Below, in pieces: positions 1-11,900 of a stretch of 64,000 nt of DNA. How positions within the stretch are numbered: position 1 is the stretch's first letter; each line of letters opens with the position of its first letter. The DNA is from Candidatus Woesearchaeota archaeon. GTDB taxonomy: Archaea > Nanobdellota > Nanobdellia > Woesearchaeales > JAGLGH01. Below the pieces are notes generated by a model that saw only the letters and a list, made by a program, of their open reading frames with translations, was not told the origin of the DNA and did no database searches. The stretch covers positions 17,932 to 81,931 of the forward strand of contig DAOVBM010000001.1 in assembly GCA_030670545.1 (NCBI GenBank), in the 5' to 3' direction. The position numbers and the translations under genes are program-made.

Positions 1-98
1 ACTTGGAGAGCAAAGCTCTCTAAGTTACTTGGAAAGCATAGCTTTCTAAGTTCTTAAGGAGTTTTACTCCTCAAGACTTAATGAGCTATGCTCATCAA
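1..98. repeat. Array of four tandem ~26-nt mini-hairpins. Each has a 6-7-bp stem and a 3-nt loop, and the stems differ between units by compensatory changes that keep them paired.
   Basis: The units are cttGGAGAGCaaaGCTCTCtaag, cttGGAAAGCataGCTTTCtaag, cttaAGGAGTtttACTCCTcaag and aATGAGCtatGCTCATcaag. The array sits immediately 3' of the stop of the giant gene. Confidence 0.7.
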
Positions 99-150
99 GT
101 TTTGAAGATGCTCGTGCTCCCTTATTATATGGCTTATTACATACTAAATT
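99..150. repeat. Partial copy of the MITE-like element R1, retaining its 3' half (gttttgaagatgctcgtgctcc ... ttattacatac).
   Basis: Matches 19994-20040 and 60566-60610. Confidence 0.5.
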
Positions 151-151
151 A

Positions 152-1327
152 TCAATACTTCTTCTTTTTCCAGATAAATAGTGCAAGAGCTGAGAATAGC
201 AATATAGCCTGAAGAAATGTAAACCCAAGTGGAACTATGAACACCGGAACTTCAACACGAGGAGGCCTTGGAATGCCTATTGGAATTGGGACCTCTCTTA
301 TCTCTTCTTCAACCTCTATAGGCTTTTCTTCTTCAATCTCTTCAGGCGGAATCTTCTTTTCCACTGGCGGCAACTCTTTTACAGGGATATATATAGGCTC
401 TCTTTCTTTAGGAACAATCGTATAAACCACATACAATGGGCCTCCACCACCTCTTGCAGCAACTGTAGATACACTGAATATTGTAGTTGCTGTATTGCTG
501 CTGCCTGTTGTGTCATTCGCAAACACGCTTATAATATAATCTCCAAGTTCAGTAAGATTATCAGGTCCAAAGATGAAATCAATGGATTGGTTTGTCAATT
601 GCTGCAATAGTGTGCCGTTTGGGTCTGTGACATTAGCGATAACTGAATCAAGGAAGTAGTCAGATGCATTGAAATCTATCCTGACACTTTCATTGCCAAA
701 AAGCAGTTCAGTATCATTTATTGATATGTTGATTGCTGGTGCTGTTGTGTCAGCGACATCAAATGAATCATTCTCTATATTGAACCTGCCTAATGTGTCG
801 TTTGCAAATACACTGATATTATAGATTCCTAATGATGTAAGGTTTTCCGGGCCAAGCTCTAATGTGACATTTGCATTTATTTGATTGAATAGTAAGGTTC
901 CATTGGGATAAATGATTGTGGAATTGGCAAAGTCAAGGGATGGGTCTGTTATAGTGATATTGATCAATACATATTCGTATCCAAATTCAGGAGCAGTATC
1001 ATTTATTGATATGTCCTTTGTCGGAGGAAGCGTATCATTCACATTGAAGTATGCTATTGATGTGTTTGTATTTCCTGATGTGTCATTCGCAAACACTGTT
1101 ATATTATATCTTCCTAACTCTGTGAGATTAGCTGGTACTAAGATTATATTCTGGCTTTGATCTGTGAACTGTCCCAAGAGTGTACCATTAGGATACGTGA
1201 CATTAGCAATTACTGAATCAATAAATTGATCAGATGCATTGAAATCAATGCTTACAGATTCAATGCCATATTCTGCTTCTGTGTCATTGACTGAGATATT
1301 TATGGTAGGAGAGATTGTATCATTCAC
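152..1327 (-). CDS. C-terminal continuation of the giant surface protein in another frame. It carries three more ~95-aa repeats, a Pro/Glu/Lys-rich stalk, a C-terminal TM helix (PLGFTFLQAILLFSALALFIW) and a KKKKY tail. It is either separated from the upstream ORF by a 7-nt frameshift or is a separately initiated small protein.
   Basis: Translation continues the repeat consensus exactly (YFNVNDTISPTINISVNDTEAEYGIESVSIDFNASDQF). Relative to neighbouring repeat copies, a 7-nt segment (atgctat/GCATATT) is missing at about 1325-1330. Confidence 0.7.
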   Translation of the reverse strand: MNDTISPTINISVNDTEAEYGIESVSIDFNASDQFIDSVIANVTYPNGTLLGQFTDQSQNIILVPANLTELGRYNITVFANDTSGNTNTSIAYFNVNDTLPPTKDISINDTAPEFGYEYVLINITITDPSLDFANSTIIYPNGTLLFNQINANVTLELGPENLTSLGIYNISVFANDTLGRFNIENDSFDVADTTAPAINISINDTELLFGNESVRIDFNASDYFLDSVIANVTDPNGTLLQQLTNQSIDFIFGPDNLTELGDYIISVFANDTTGSSNTATTIFSVSTVAARGGGGPLYVVYTIVPKEREPIYIPVKELPPVEKKIPPEEIEEEKPIEVEEEIREVPIPIGIPRPPRVEVPVFIVPLGFTFLQAILLFSALALFIWKKKKY

Positions 1328-4300
1328 ATTGAAGTTGAGGTGTTTGTATTTCCTGATGTGTCATTCGCAAACACTGTTATGTTGTATCTCCCAAGCGCTG
1401 TAAGATTGGCTGGCACTAAGATTATATCCTGGCTTTGATCTGTGAACTGCCCTAATAGTGTTCCATTTGGATATGTCACATTAGCAATAACTGAATCAAG
1501 ACCAACATTTGATACATTAAAGTCTATTTGTATAGACTCAACTCCATACTCCACGTCTGTGTCATTGAGTGATATATTGATAGTAGGCGCGATTGTATCA
1601 TTCACATTGAAGTATGCTGTTGAGGTGTTTATATTTCCTGATGTGTCATTCGCAAACACTGTTATGTTGTATCTTCCAATTGCTGTCAGGTTAGCTGGGA
1701 CTAATAGGAAATCAACAGATTGATTTGTCAACTGCTGCAGCAATGTTCCATTTGGATATGTTACATTAGCTATTACTGAATCCAGTAATCCATTAGATGC
1801 ATTGAAATCTATTTGTATAGACTCAACTCCATACTCCACATCTGTATCATTCACTGATATATTGATAATAGGCGCGATTGTATCATTTACATTGAAGTAT
1901 GATGTCGATGTGTTTGTGTTCCCTGCTGTATCATTCGCAAACACTGTTATGTTGTATCTTCCAATTGCTGTCAGGTTGGCAGGCACAAAGATAAAATCAA
2001 TTGACTGGTCGGTCAATTCCTGAAGCAAAGTGCCGTTAGGATATGTCACATTCGTTATAACTGAATCAAGGTTAGGATCTGATGCATTGAAATCTATGCT
2101 CACAGACTCAACACTATACTCTACATCTGTACCATTCACAGATATATTGATTGTCGGAGAATCTACATCCACCACTGTCCCTGTCACATAGGCATTGTCA
2201 ATCTGGCAGATTTCATTATTGCTGCTTGACAAGCACCTGAACCTTATCTTAAGATCATGATTATTGTCTGCATTGCTTGTGAGATTATAACTGTAAAGGG
2301 TATAATCTGTAATATCTTCGATACTAAGCACATTTATCCAGGCTGTGCCATTGTACCAGTCAGCTGCAATATATTCGCCTGCATCAAGCCTTTCAGTATT
2401 TGCATAGAAGCTGAAACTTATGTTAATATATCCCCATGTGCTGATATTTGTCTCAACTATGCTTTCTCCTACTGTGTTCTCTGCTTCAGCATTATATATG
2501 CCGGCAAAAGGGCTTGTACTTGCAATGAACCATGCAACTCCAGCTCCACTTGTTGTCCAGTTGTTTGTTGAGAGATTGCCTGATTCAAAATCCTCAAAGA
2601 ATGTGCCATTTCCTTCACTAAGCGCAGGGTCTCCAGGGCTGAAAGTATAATTCGCATAATCAGAAGATTTTATATTGAACCAAGGCCGCCATACTCCCAA
2701 ACAAGTGTAATTCGATAGGTTGTAGGTTCCGTCGCACTTGAAGAATATCTGATTCTCTGTGCTTACAGGCTTTTTCTCAATTACAAGACTATCGTAATTC
2801 AATCCAGATGGATCAATTATGGAGTGCGCAAGGCTTGCATTGTATCCCCCCATTATGGTGTCTGTCATGTTCGTGTTGTTGAATAATCCCCTTATCCAAT
2901 AATTGTCAATAGTCGGATCATACATAGCAGTCACCTGCATGTCATATTCTTCTGTGCCTGAGAAATTAAAATCATATGACTCATTTGAAGAATATACAAG
3001 ATGGCCTGTTGAGTTGTATATCATGAATGATGCATTAAGGAAATTTCCATCCCCATCTACAAGAGTGCCGTTTAATGTGTAATTTGCAAGAGGGATTATA
3101 TCATAAGTCCACTGCTCGCTGGTGTACCATGTGCTGTTTGTATCATTTGCATAGCTTCTCCATATATAGCTGCCTGGCTGGATGTTTGTGTAGTTGTAAT
3201 AGAACTCCTGACTCTCATTGCCTGTTGCTGAATAGTTCTGCAATGTTCCAGTGAAGTTATGCTCGAAATAGACAGTATCTGCAGTCAGGTTCCAGCTTAT
3301 ATTGAACTGGTAGCTATTGTCTGGTATGTAATATACTATTCCTGAAGGATATGTCCTGTTGTCATACCATTTAAACACAAAGACATCAAAACCTGATGCA
3401 GATATATTTGCATTTCCAAAAGTGTCATTCGCAAATACTGTTATATTGTATCTTCCGACTGCTGTAAGGTTAGCAGGAGCAAAGATGAAATCAACAGACT
3501 GGTTGGTCAATTCCTGAAGCAGAGTGCCGTTAGGATATGTCACATTTGCTATAACTGAATCAAGATCAAGGTCTGATGCATTAAAATCTATGCTCACAGA
3601 TTCCACTCCAGATTGAAGATAAGAATCATTTATAGATATGTTTATTTCAGGAGGCTCTGCCTCAATTGTGATTGTAAAGTTATTATCATCCCAGCCTGAA
3701 TTGCCAAGCGAATCATAAGCAAGACAGTTCCAGATATAGCTTCCGTCAGCTATTCCTGTTAAGGAGAATGTGCTGGAATTTGACAATCCTGATACTGTAT
3801 CAGTTTCATTTGCCGCAAAGCTGCCGCTGATATTATGATATAATGTTATGTTGGTAAGAGCAGCCATGTTCTCTGTTGCATTGCATATAAACTCTACTGA
3901 GCTGTTTAATATGGTAGTTGCATTTGGCGGAGAGGAAAGTATCACCCCAGGAGCAAGATTGTCGATTGATATTGTCCTGTTATCTGAGTAGCCAGTAATA
4001 TTGTTAGCGTCAGTGCATTCAATATGCCATAGGAAGGTCTCATTCTGCCTGTCAGTAAGATTGATGTAATTTGTTCCGTTTGTGACTACAGATGACTGGT
4101 TTGATACATTGAAAGTGGAGTTCAGGTACACGAGGCAGCTGTATATCTCATTGCTGAGGTCGCTGGCATTGAAGCTGAATGTTATATTGCCGTTATATGT
4201 GCCGTTTACTGGAGCTATCAACGTTATGTCAGGAGGTGTTGTATCTGAAGTATTGATTGTGTTTATGAAAACATTTGCACCCTCATAATACTCTTTTGAG

Positions 4301-7300
4301 CAGAGAATCTGAGGTGAGTACTGCCCAGTCTGGTTAAAGTTGATAACTACCTGATAAACTGAAACATTAGTTTCATCCATATCATAAGTTCCCATACCAG
4401 GTATGTCCACATCGCAGTTTGCTCCGGATATTGATATATTTGTATCTGTATCTGTGTAATTTGCAGTTATCAGTACAGAATCCCCCAGTTCAATAGTTGA
4501 GGTATTCTCCTCTCCTACCACCTTTGTCGGATGATTAATAACAGTAACAGTTCTGGATATAGTATCTAATCTCTGATAATTTTCCTTTGAGCAGTTGAAA
4601 GTATGCGTTTTAGCGCCAAGGATAGTCCAGTTGAAATTTTTTGAATAATTCCCATCTTCTACAGGCAGGTCAGGAAGGATAGATGAAGGGCTGCCTGATA
4701 TTGAGCAGTTCGCTCCAAGAATAGGATTGTCATCCTCATCTGTATAATATGCCCAGATTATGTAATTGTTGTTAGGCGCAGGCCCTGCATATATTGTTGC
4801 ATTGGCGCTTACGCTGAGGTTTGCAGGCTCCACATTTATCTCAACATCTGATGAGTTTACTGGAACTCCGTAGCTTATGCTGTCATACGGCGTGACTTCG
4901 CAGAGCCACTGATCTCCAATCGAGGTGTTTTGGTATGAGACTGTTGCGCCTGTAAATGAAGTAAGAGTATCATTTCTATACCATGCAATTGTGCTTTGGT
5001 CTGGGTCTCCTTCAGTATCATTATATGTGTAATTGCATGTCATGTTATTCAGAGTGCTGACATTTGCTCCGTCATAAGTCGGGCTTATTGTGACATTCGT
5101 GACATTCGGCGCTGTCTGTGTCCTTACATAGAATGTCACATCCTTCTCGTCTATATTATTTGATGTGTCATTGATCCACATTGTGATGTTGTTCCATGCA
5201 GATTCTATTGCGGTGAAATTCACGTAAAGGCTGCTGCAGTCGGATATTGATGTATTTGTTGCATTATTGTTAAGATTATACCAGCACTTGTCAGGATAAT
5301 CTTCTGTATATGTCCAGTTCAGTGTGAGGTTCAGGCTGTAATATGTTGAATTGTTTATAGGATATGTTATGTTCAGGACAGGGTCTATGTTATCCTGCAC
5401 AGTGATCTGGATTGCAGTGGAGTTGATGTTGTTGGATGTATCATTTACAGATATGTTCAGGTAATATATTACTGGAGTCAGTGTTGTTGCGTTTGTTATC
5501 AGGCCAGATGAAGAGTTTATTGCAAAATTATTTGTGTCATTTATAAAATATTTATCCACAAGATAGTTGTCGCTTGCATTCACGTCATAGCTGAAAGACT
5601 CGTTGTATTCAGTTACCTGGTTTTGCGGAGTCTGGTCCCATGTCGGAGCAGTTGTATCATTCACATTAAAGAAAGATGTCGAGGTATTTGTATTGCTGGA
5701 TGTGTCATTCGCAAGCACAGTTATGTTGTATCTGCCAAGCAAGGTTAAGTTGGCTGGAACCAGAATTATATCTTCGCTTTGGTTTGTGAACTGCCCCAAT
5801 AATGTGCCATTCGGATACGTGACATTGGCGGTTGTTGAGTCAAGGAATTGGTCAGATGCATTGAAATCTATGCTTACAGACTCTATTCCATACTCTACCT
5901 CTGTGTCATTGACAGAAATATTGATTGTCGGCGCTATTGTATCATTGACATTGAAGTATGATGTTGTTGTATTGCTAAAGCCTGCTGTGTCATTAGCAAA
6001 CACGGTGATGTTGTATCTTCCAAGCGCTGTCAGGTTTGCGGGTTCAAATTCAAAATCAATTGACTGGTTTGTAAGCTGCTGGAGCAGGGTGCCATTAGGG
6101 TAAGTAACATTAGCGATGACAGAATCCAGGCATGTGTCAGAGGCATTGAAATCGATGTTTACAGATTCTACCCCATACTCTACATCTGTGTCATTCACTG
6201 AGATGTTTATTGTCGGCGTTATTGTATCATTCACATAGAAGAATGATGCTGTTGTGTTCGTGTTGCCGGATGTGTCGTTCGCAAATACTGTGATGTTATA
6301 TCTTCCAAGCGCTGTTAGGTTGGCAGACTCAAATTCAAAGTCAACAGACTGGTTTGTAAGCTGCTGGAGCAGTGTGCCATTTGGATAAGTCACATTTGCG
6401 ATGACTGAATCAAGGAATTGGTCAGAAGCATTGAAATCTATGCTTACAGACTCAGCACAATATTCTATTTCTGTATTATTCACTGATATGTTTATTGTTG
6501 GCAACGTATTGTCTATTGTAAAATTAGTGCTGCTGTTAGAGCATAGGTCACCATCATCACAACCTTCAACATAAATCATCCAATCGCCATCAGGCACTGT
6601 ACTTGAATTAAATAGCTGATTGGTCAATGAAGTGCTTGTGTTTATTGTCTGGTTGAAACTATCATCTGAATTGAATAATGAGACATTATAAGTGACAGGA
6701 TCGCCATTAGGGTCTGAAAACGCTGACCATGTTATATTTATTATTCCACTTTCATGATCCCCTTGCGCAGGATTGGTTATCTCATTAGTTATTGGAGCTA
6801 CGTTGACTGACACGATATCTAATTGAGACAATTCAAACCCATTAAGGCTTTCATCAAACTGCTCTACAGTTTCGCCAGAAGCAACTTCCAGCCACAGATT
6901 GAAAGTGTAACTATTTCCGACTGTTAAGTTTTTACATACCATGTAGATAAAAGCATTGCCTATATCTAAATCAGAACTGAGGTACCTTTCTTTCTTGGAA
7001 TAGCAAAGTGATTCCGGAACATCTGATGAGTTTATGAAATAAATCGGTGTCTGGTTTCCTGATGCTGTCCCGAATGATGAGCTCATAGAGATAAAATATT
7101 GTGTCCCATTCTGTATTGTAACTGTCTTATTCACAAGATTATGCAGCCCTGCTGAATAATTTTGGGATGAAGTCAAGTTTGTCAAAGGATTTGAGACTTG
7201 AAAATTATCAATTAGATTAAGATTATTATCTTTCAGATCAAATTCAGCCAATGCAAAATCAACTGTTACTGTCCCTGCGCTTGTTTTAGACTGGATAGTA

Positions 7301-8900
7301 TGGTTGTGAGTCCCTACATCACCAGTTTCTATATAAACCCCTGATACTGAACCTATATCCGAGGGGCTGGAAAGATATCTTCTCCAGAAGGGGGAAATTT
7401 CATTGGTACCTAAATCTTCAAAGTAATAATCTACTGTTGCTGAAGATGCATTTCCCTGGACAGTCTGTTTGGTCATAAAATATGTTGGGGCTGCATATGA
7501 TTTTGTGATTGTCCAATTAAAAGCAGGAACAAAAGATGCAGAGGAATGATTATAACTATCATTTGTCAGTTGTATCCTCACTAACTCTCCCATTGTAGTC
7601 TCGAACTTCCCAAGAAGCATATCAATATCATTTACATCTATTGAGCCGTTGCCAGTTCTCTTAAATTCTATTGTAATATTATGTTCTCCTGAACTCACAT
7701 TAATAAGGAAAGGTTTTGTGCCAGTAGAGCCTTCATCGTCAATATCTTCAACTGTTCTCAATTTCTCCTCTAATTTCGCAATATTATCTACCTTAATCCT
7801 CACCCATACATCATTAGCTCCAAGGCCTGTTAGTTTCTTGATATTCATTGAAGAAAAGAAACTTAAATTTACACTAGGTCTTGATGTGTTGAACAGCTTA
7901 AGCACGCCAATCACATAATCTGAGCTTGCAAAAGAGAAATTTGTAGTATCAAAATCAACTCCAAAGATGGAAGTATTGCCTCTGACATAAAAGTATGTCT
8001 CTTCTGTATCATTGATATTATTTGATGTATCATTGGCAGTAAATGTCATATTATACCTGCCAAGCAGGAAAGGCGCTGTGAAGGAATTATTGTACTTGTC
8101 TCCTGCTGCATTGCTCAGTTCAACCAATTCACTTGTTCCGTTCGGATAAGTGATATTGGCGCTTACATTAGCCACTGCAAAAAAATCAGTGACATTAGCA
8201 GCTATCTCTATTATATCAGAAACATTGAAGTGTGAGTCTGCTGTTGGAATAAGGTCAAATACTGAAGGTCGCGTAGTATCATTCACATAAAAGAATGATG
8301 CTGTCGTGTTTGTGTTTCCAGATGTATCATTGGCAAACACGGTGATGTTATATCTTCCAAGCGCAGTGAGATTCGCAGACTCAAATACAAAGTCAATTGC
8401 CTGATCTGTCAACTGCTGCAACAAGATGCCATTAGGATAAGTTACATTGGCCATCACTAAATCAATACCTACATTTGATGCGTTAAAGTCTATTAACACA
8501 GACTCAATACCATACTCTACTTCTGTATCATTCACTGAGATATTTATTGTTGGCGGAACAGTATCATTCACATTGAAGTATGCTGTTGATGTATTCACAT
8601 TGTTGGATGTATCATTGGCAAATACTGTAATGTTATATCTTCCAAGAAGTGTAAGGTTTGCTGGAACAAGGATTATATCTTCGCTTTGATTTGTGAACTG
8701 CCCTAATAGTGTTCCGTTCGGATACGTGACATTTGCTATCACTGAATCAAGGAACTGGTCAGATGCATTGAAATCTATGCTTACAGATTCAATTCCATAC
8801 TCTGCATCTGTGTCATTTACTGATATGTTTATCAAAGGATATACTGTATCTGTTGAATTGACAATATCCAAAGTATCGCTTGCAGTTTGGTAATACTCTT
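400..8900 (-). repeat. Intragenic tandem array of ~285-bp (~95-aa) repeats inside the giant surface-protein gene. Several copies are more than 85% identical at the nucleotide level.
   Basis: Recurrent strings such as gtgtcattcgcaaacactgttatgttgtatcttcc and ctggctttgatctgtgaactgcc appear at 1065, 1340, 1625, 1925, 3425, 5705, 6000, 6290, 8330 and 8620. Confidence 0.85.
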
Positions 8901-11900
8901 TTGAGCACGAGACAAATGGAGTGAATTCGCCAGGCTGTGTGAACTGCACAATGACTTCGTAAGTGATTGCTCCTGTCTCGGTCATATCAAAAGTGCCATA
9001 TCCTGCCAGGCTGACATTACAAGCAGCTCCTGTGAGAAGGGCGCTTGTATTTGCATCAGTGTAATTTGCTGTGAAATTCACATGGCTGCCGTATCCTATA
9101 TCAGTTGCGTTCTGCCCCCCCTCAAGATTAGTTGGATGGTTCAATACAGTCACTGTCCTTATGAGCGTATTTTGAGTCTGGTAATTTGTCTTTGAGCATA
9201 TGAAAGTATGGGTCTTTGGCCCTGTGACTGACGACTGGTAATTATGTGTATAGTTGCCATCATTATCACCATCAGAAAGAGTGACATCCGGAGTGCCATC
9301 TGTAGAACAACTAGCACCTAGTATAGCATTATCATCCTCATCTGTGTAATATGCCCAGATAGTGTAATAGTTATTTGGCTCAGGCCCCACATATATTGTG
9401 GCATTATCGCTTACAGTTATATTTGTCCTTTCTGTGCCAATCTCAGCATATGATGAATTTATTGGTGATCCATAGATTATACCATCATAAGGCGTGACTT
9501 CGCAGATCCACTGCTCTGCAAGTGAAGTATTCTGGTACTGGACAGTTGCGCCAGTAAATGAAGTTAAGACATTATTTTTATACCATGCAATTGTGCTTTG
9601 GTCAGGATCACCCTGCGTATCATTGTACGTGTAATTGCAGTGCATGTCATTCAGCGTGCTTACATAGATGCTGTTATATTTGGGCGTGATTGTGACATTT
9701 GTGATATTCGGAGCTGTCTGTGCCATGGCATAGAATGTTACATTATCTTGATTCATATTATTTGATGTGTCATTGATCCACATTGTTATGTTATTCCATG
9801 CAGAATCTATCGCAGTGAAATTAGCGTAAAGGTCACTGCAGTCAGCTATTGTTGTATTTGTCGCATTATTATTCAGATTGTACCAGCACTTGTTAGGATA
9901 GTCTTCTGTGAATGTCCAGTTCAGTGTGAGATTGAGTTCATAATAAGTAGAGCCATTTACAGGGTATGTTATGTTGATTGTTGGAGCGAGTGTATCAACA
10001 CTAAAATTTCGCGTCTCGCTTGTGTTTGCATTAGTTGCATCATCCCAGCAAGTTACATTCCAGCTATGGCTGCCATCTGCGAATCCCTGAACATCATGCG
10101 AAACTGCACTCCCATTAGGGCTATAATAATCAGACATGTTTACTATGCCATCAATTGTCAGATTACATAATAAGATAGTATCTATATTATCAGTAGCTGT
10201 CCAATTAAAGTAAACTACTGTCTCATTTGTGGTATAATCATTGTCTGGAGAATTTAATTCTATTGAGGGTTTTGTTTTATCTACTGTAAAAGTTCGCTGG
10301 TTGCTCGCAGCTGTTTCTGCAGGGTCTATACATTCAACCTTCCATGTTTGATTTGTTCCCTCAGCAATTCCACTGACTTCAAAAGTAGTATTTATGCTTT
10401 CGTTTGTAGAACTATTTGTCTGGTTTAAAATATCGTTGATATATAAAGAACAATTTAGGTTATCATGGGCAGGGTCAACAACATAAAAAGTGAAGTTTAT
10501 ATCTCCATCTTTATCTGCATAATTATTTTCTGGCGAGACAAGGTACACCAATGGAGGCACTATAGTTATTGTTATGGGAGTTGAATTGACAGAATTCCCA
10601 TCATCATCTGTTGCCTGAACAGTTATGGTATAATCACCAATATCTAAGGCAGGAGAGATACTAAGATTAGTGGAAGAGCCATTAGTAACAGTTCCGTTCT
10701 GCCCATTTGCTGTATCATTGACGAAGATGGTATAATTTATATCAGGAGTTGTATCGTCTGTTAGTACAAAAGTAATTAGAGGGCTTGGGTCAGATATATT
10801 TAAACCAGATGAAGGGTAAGTTATCTGCGCAGTTGGAAGTCCTGCAGTGATTGTGAAATTCCTGGTTTCAGAAATATTTGAATTATCTTCTGTATCTGTG
10901 CAGTTTATGAACCATGAATGGTTGCCAATAGATAATCCTGGGACTGTGAATAATGTAGTGGTATCGCTGCTGGTAGATTCATTTGTCTGATTCAGGACAT
11001 CATCAATATAGATTGAACAATTGAGTGGCGCTGAGATATCTACAGCCTTAAATGTAAAATCAATATCTGTTGGACCTGTTGTATAATTATCACTTGGACC
11101 AAGCAGGGTTATTTGAGGCAGTTCATTATCGATAATTAATGAAGCGCTTGGGAATTTTACATAAGAGTATTCAGTATTTTCCCATTGGATGTATGCAAAT
11201 TTGGCAGCAGCACCAGTTATATTAACGCAAAACTGAACACCTACTCGCTCACCAGAGCTTAGATTAAGATCATCACTGTAAGGCACATTATCACCCCAGT
11301 TATTGAAATCAGCTGCAGCGCATATATTTGAGGTTGCAGTAGTTGTGTTGAATGGATTGTATTCTGTTCCATTATATTTTAATATTTTAGCAAAAAGAAA
11401 TGCATCTGGGTTAGATGCTGAGCAATCGCCAAAAATGGAGAAGTTCCAGGTTCCATTAACTATTGTTTGTGTTGTCCAGTTTGGGGCAATCCATTTTTCA
11501 GGAAAGCATACAACACCCGGAACACTCAGGTCAAGGGGGGCAGAAGTATAACCAGTTATCCCAACGCTTTCATTCTTCATTTGATGATAAGCAGGATATT
11601 GGGAATCAGAAGCATTAAAAAGATAGTAGGTACTTTCATTTACTTCACCAAAAGCAGGATCATCCGGAGTCAATTCAAATGTGTATTCTTGTCCTGGAAC
11701 TAATCCTGTCTTAAACAGATTCCATTCACCATAGCATTCCTGCTCACTAAAGTTCCATTCCCTGCATTTATACAATGTTGTTCCTTTTGCAATCACAGTG
11801 ACATTTGCTGTTGTGAAATTCATTGCAGTCGGGTCAATAGCATAAGCCTGGACATAACTGCCCAGCTCTTCATGTTCAGATATGTTCAATTCCTCCATTT

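Noticed and set aside
1-98. Considered whether the tandem hairpin units, or the R2 hairpin units at 23254-23530, could be a CRISPR array.
   Set aside because: The units abut with no unique spacers and differ from each other. No cas1/cas2 genes or leader are present.
237-8893. Many plus-strand ORFs (60-170 aa) inside the giant gene, for example 237..425, 912..1160, 1442..1723, 1802..2023, 5603..6103, 8447..8689 and 8693..8893, all share a ...VSFTLKYAVDVF...FANTVMLYLP...RLAGT motif.
   Set aside because: They are antisense translations of the ~285-bp repeat of the minus-strand gene. Their repetition mirrors the sense repeats and they have no independent start or Shine-Dalgarno signals.
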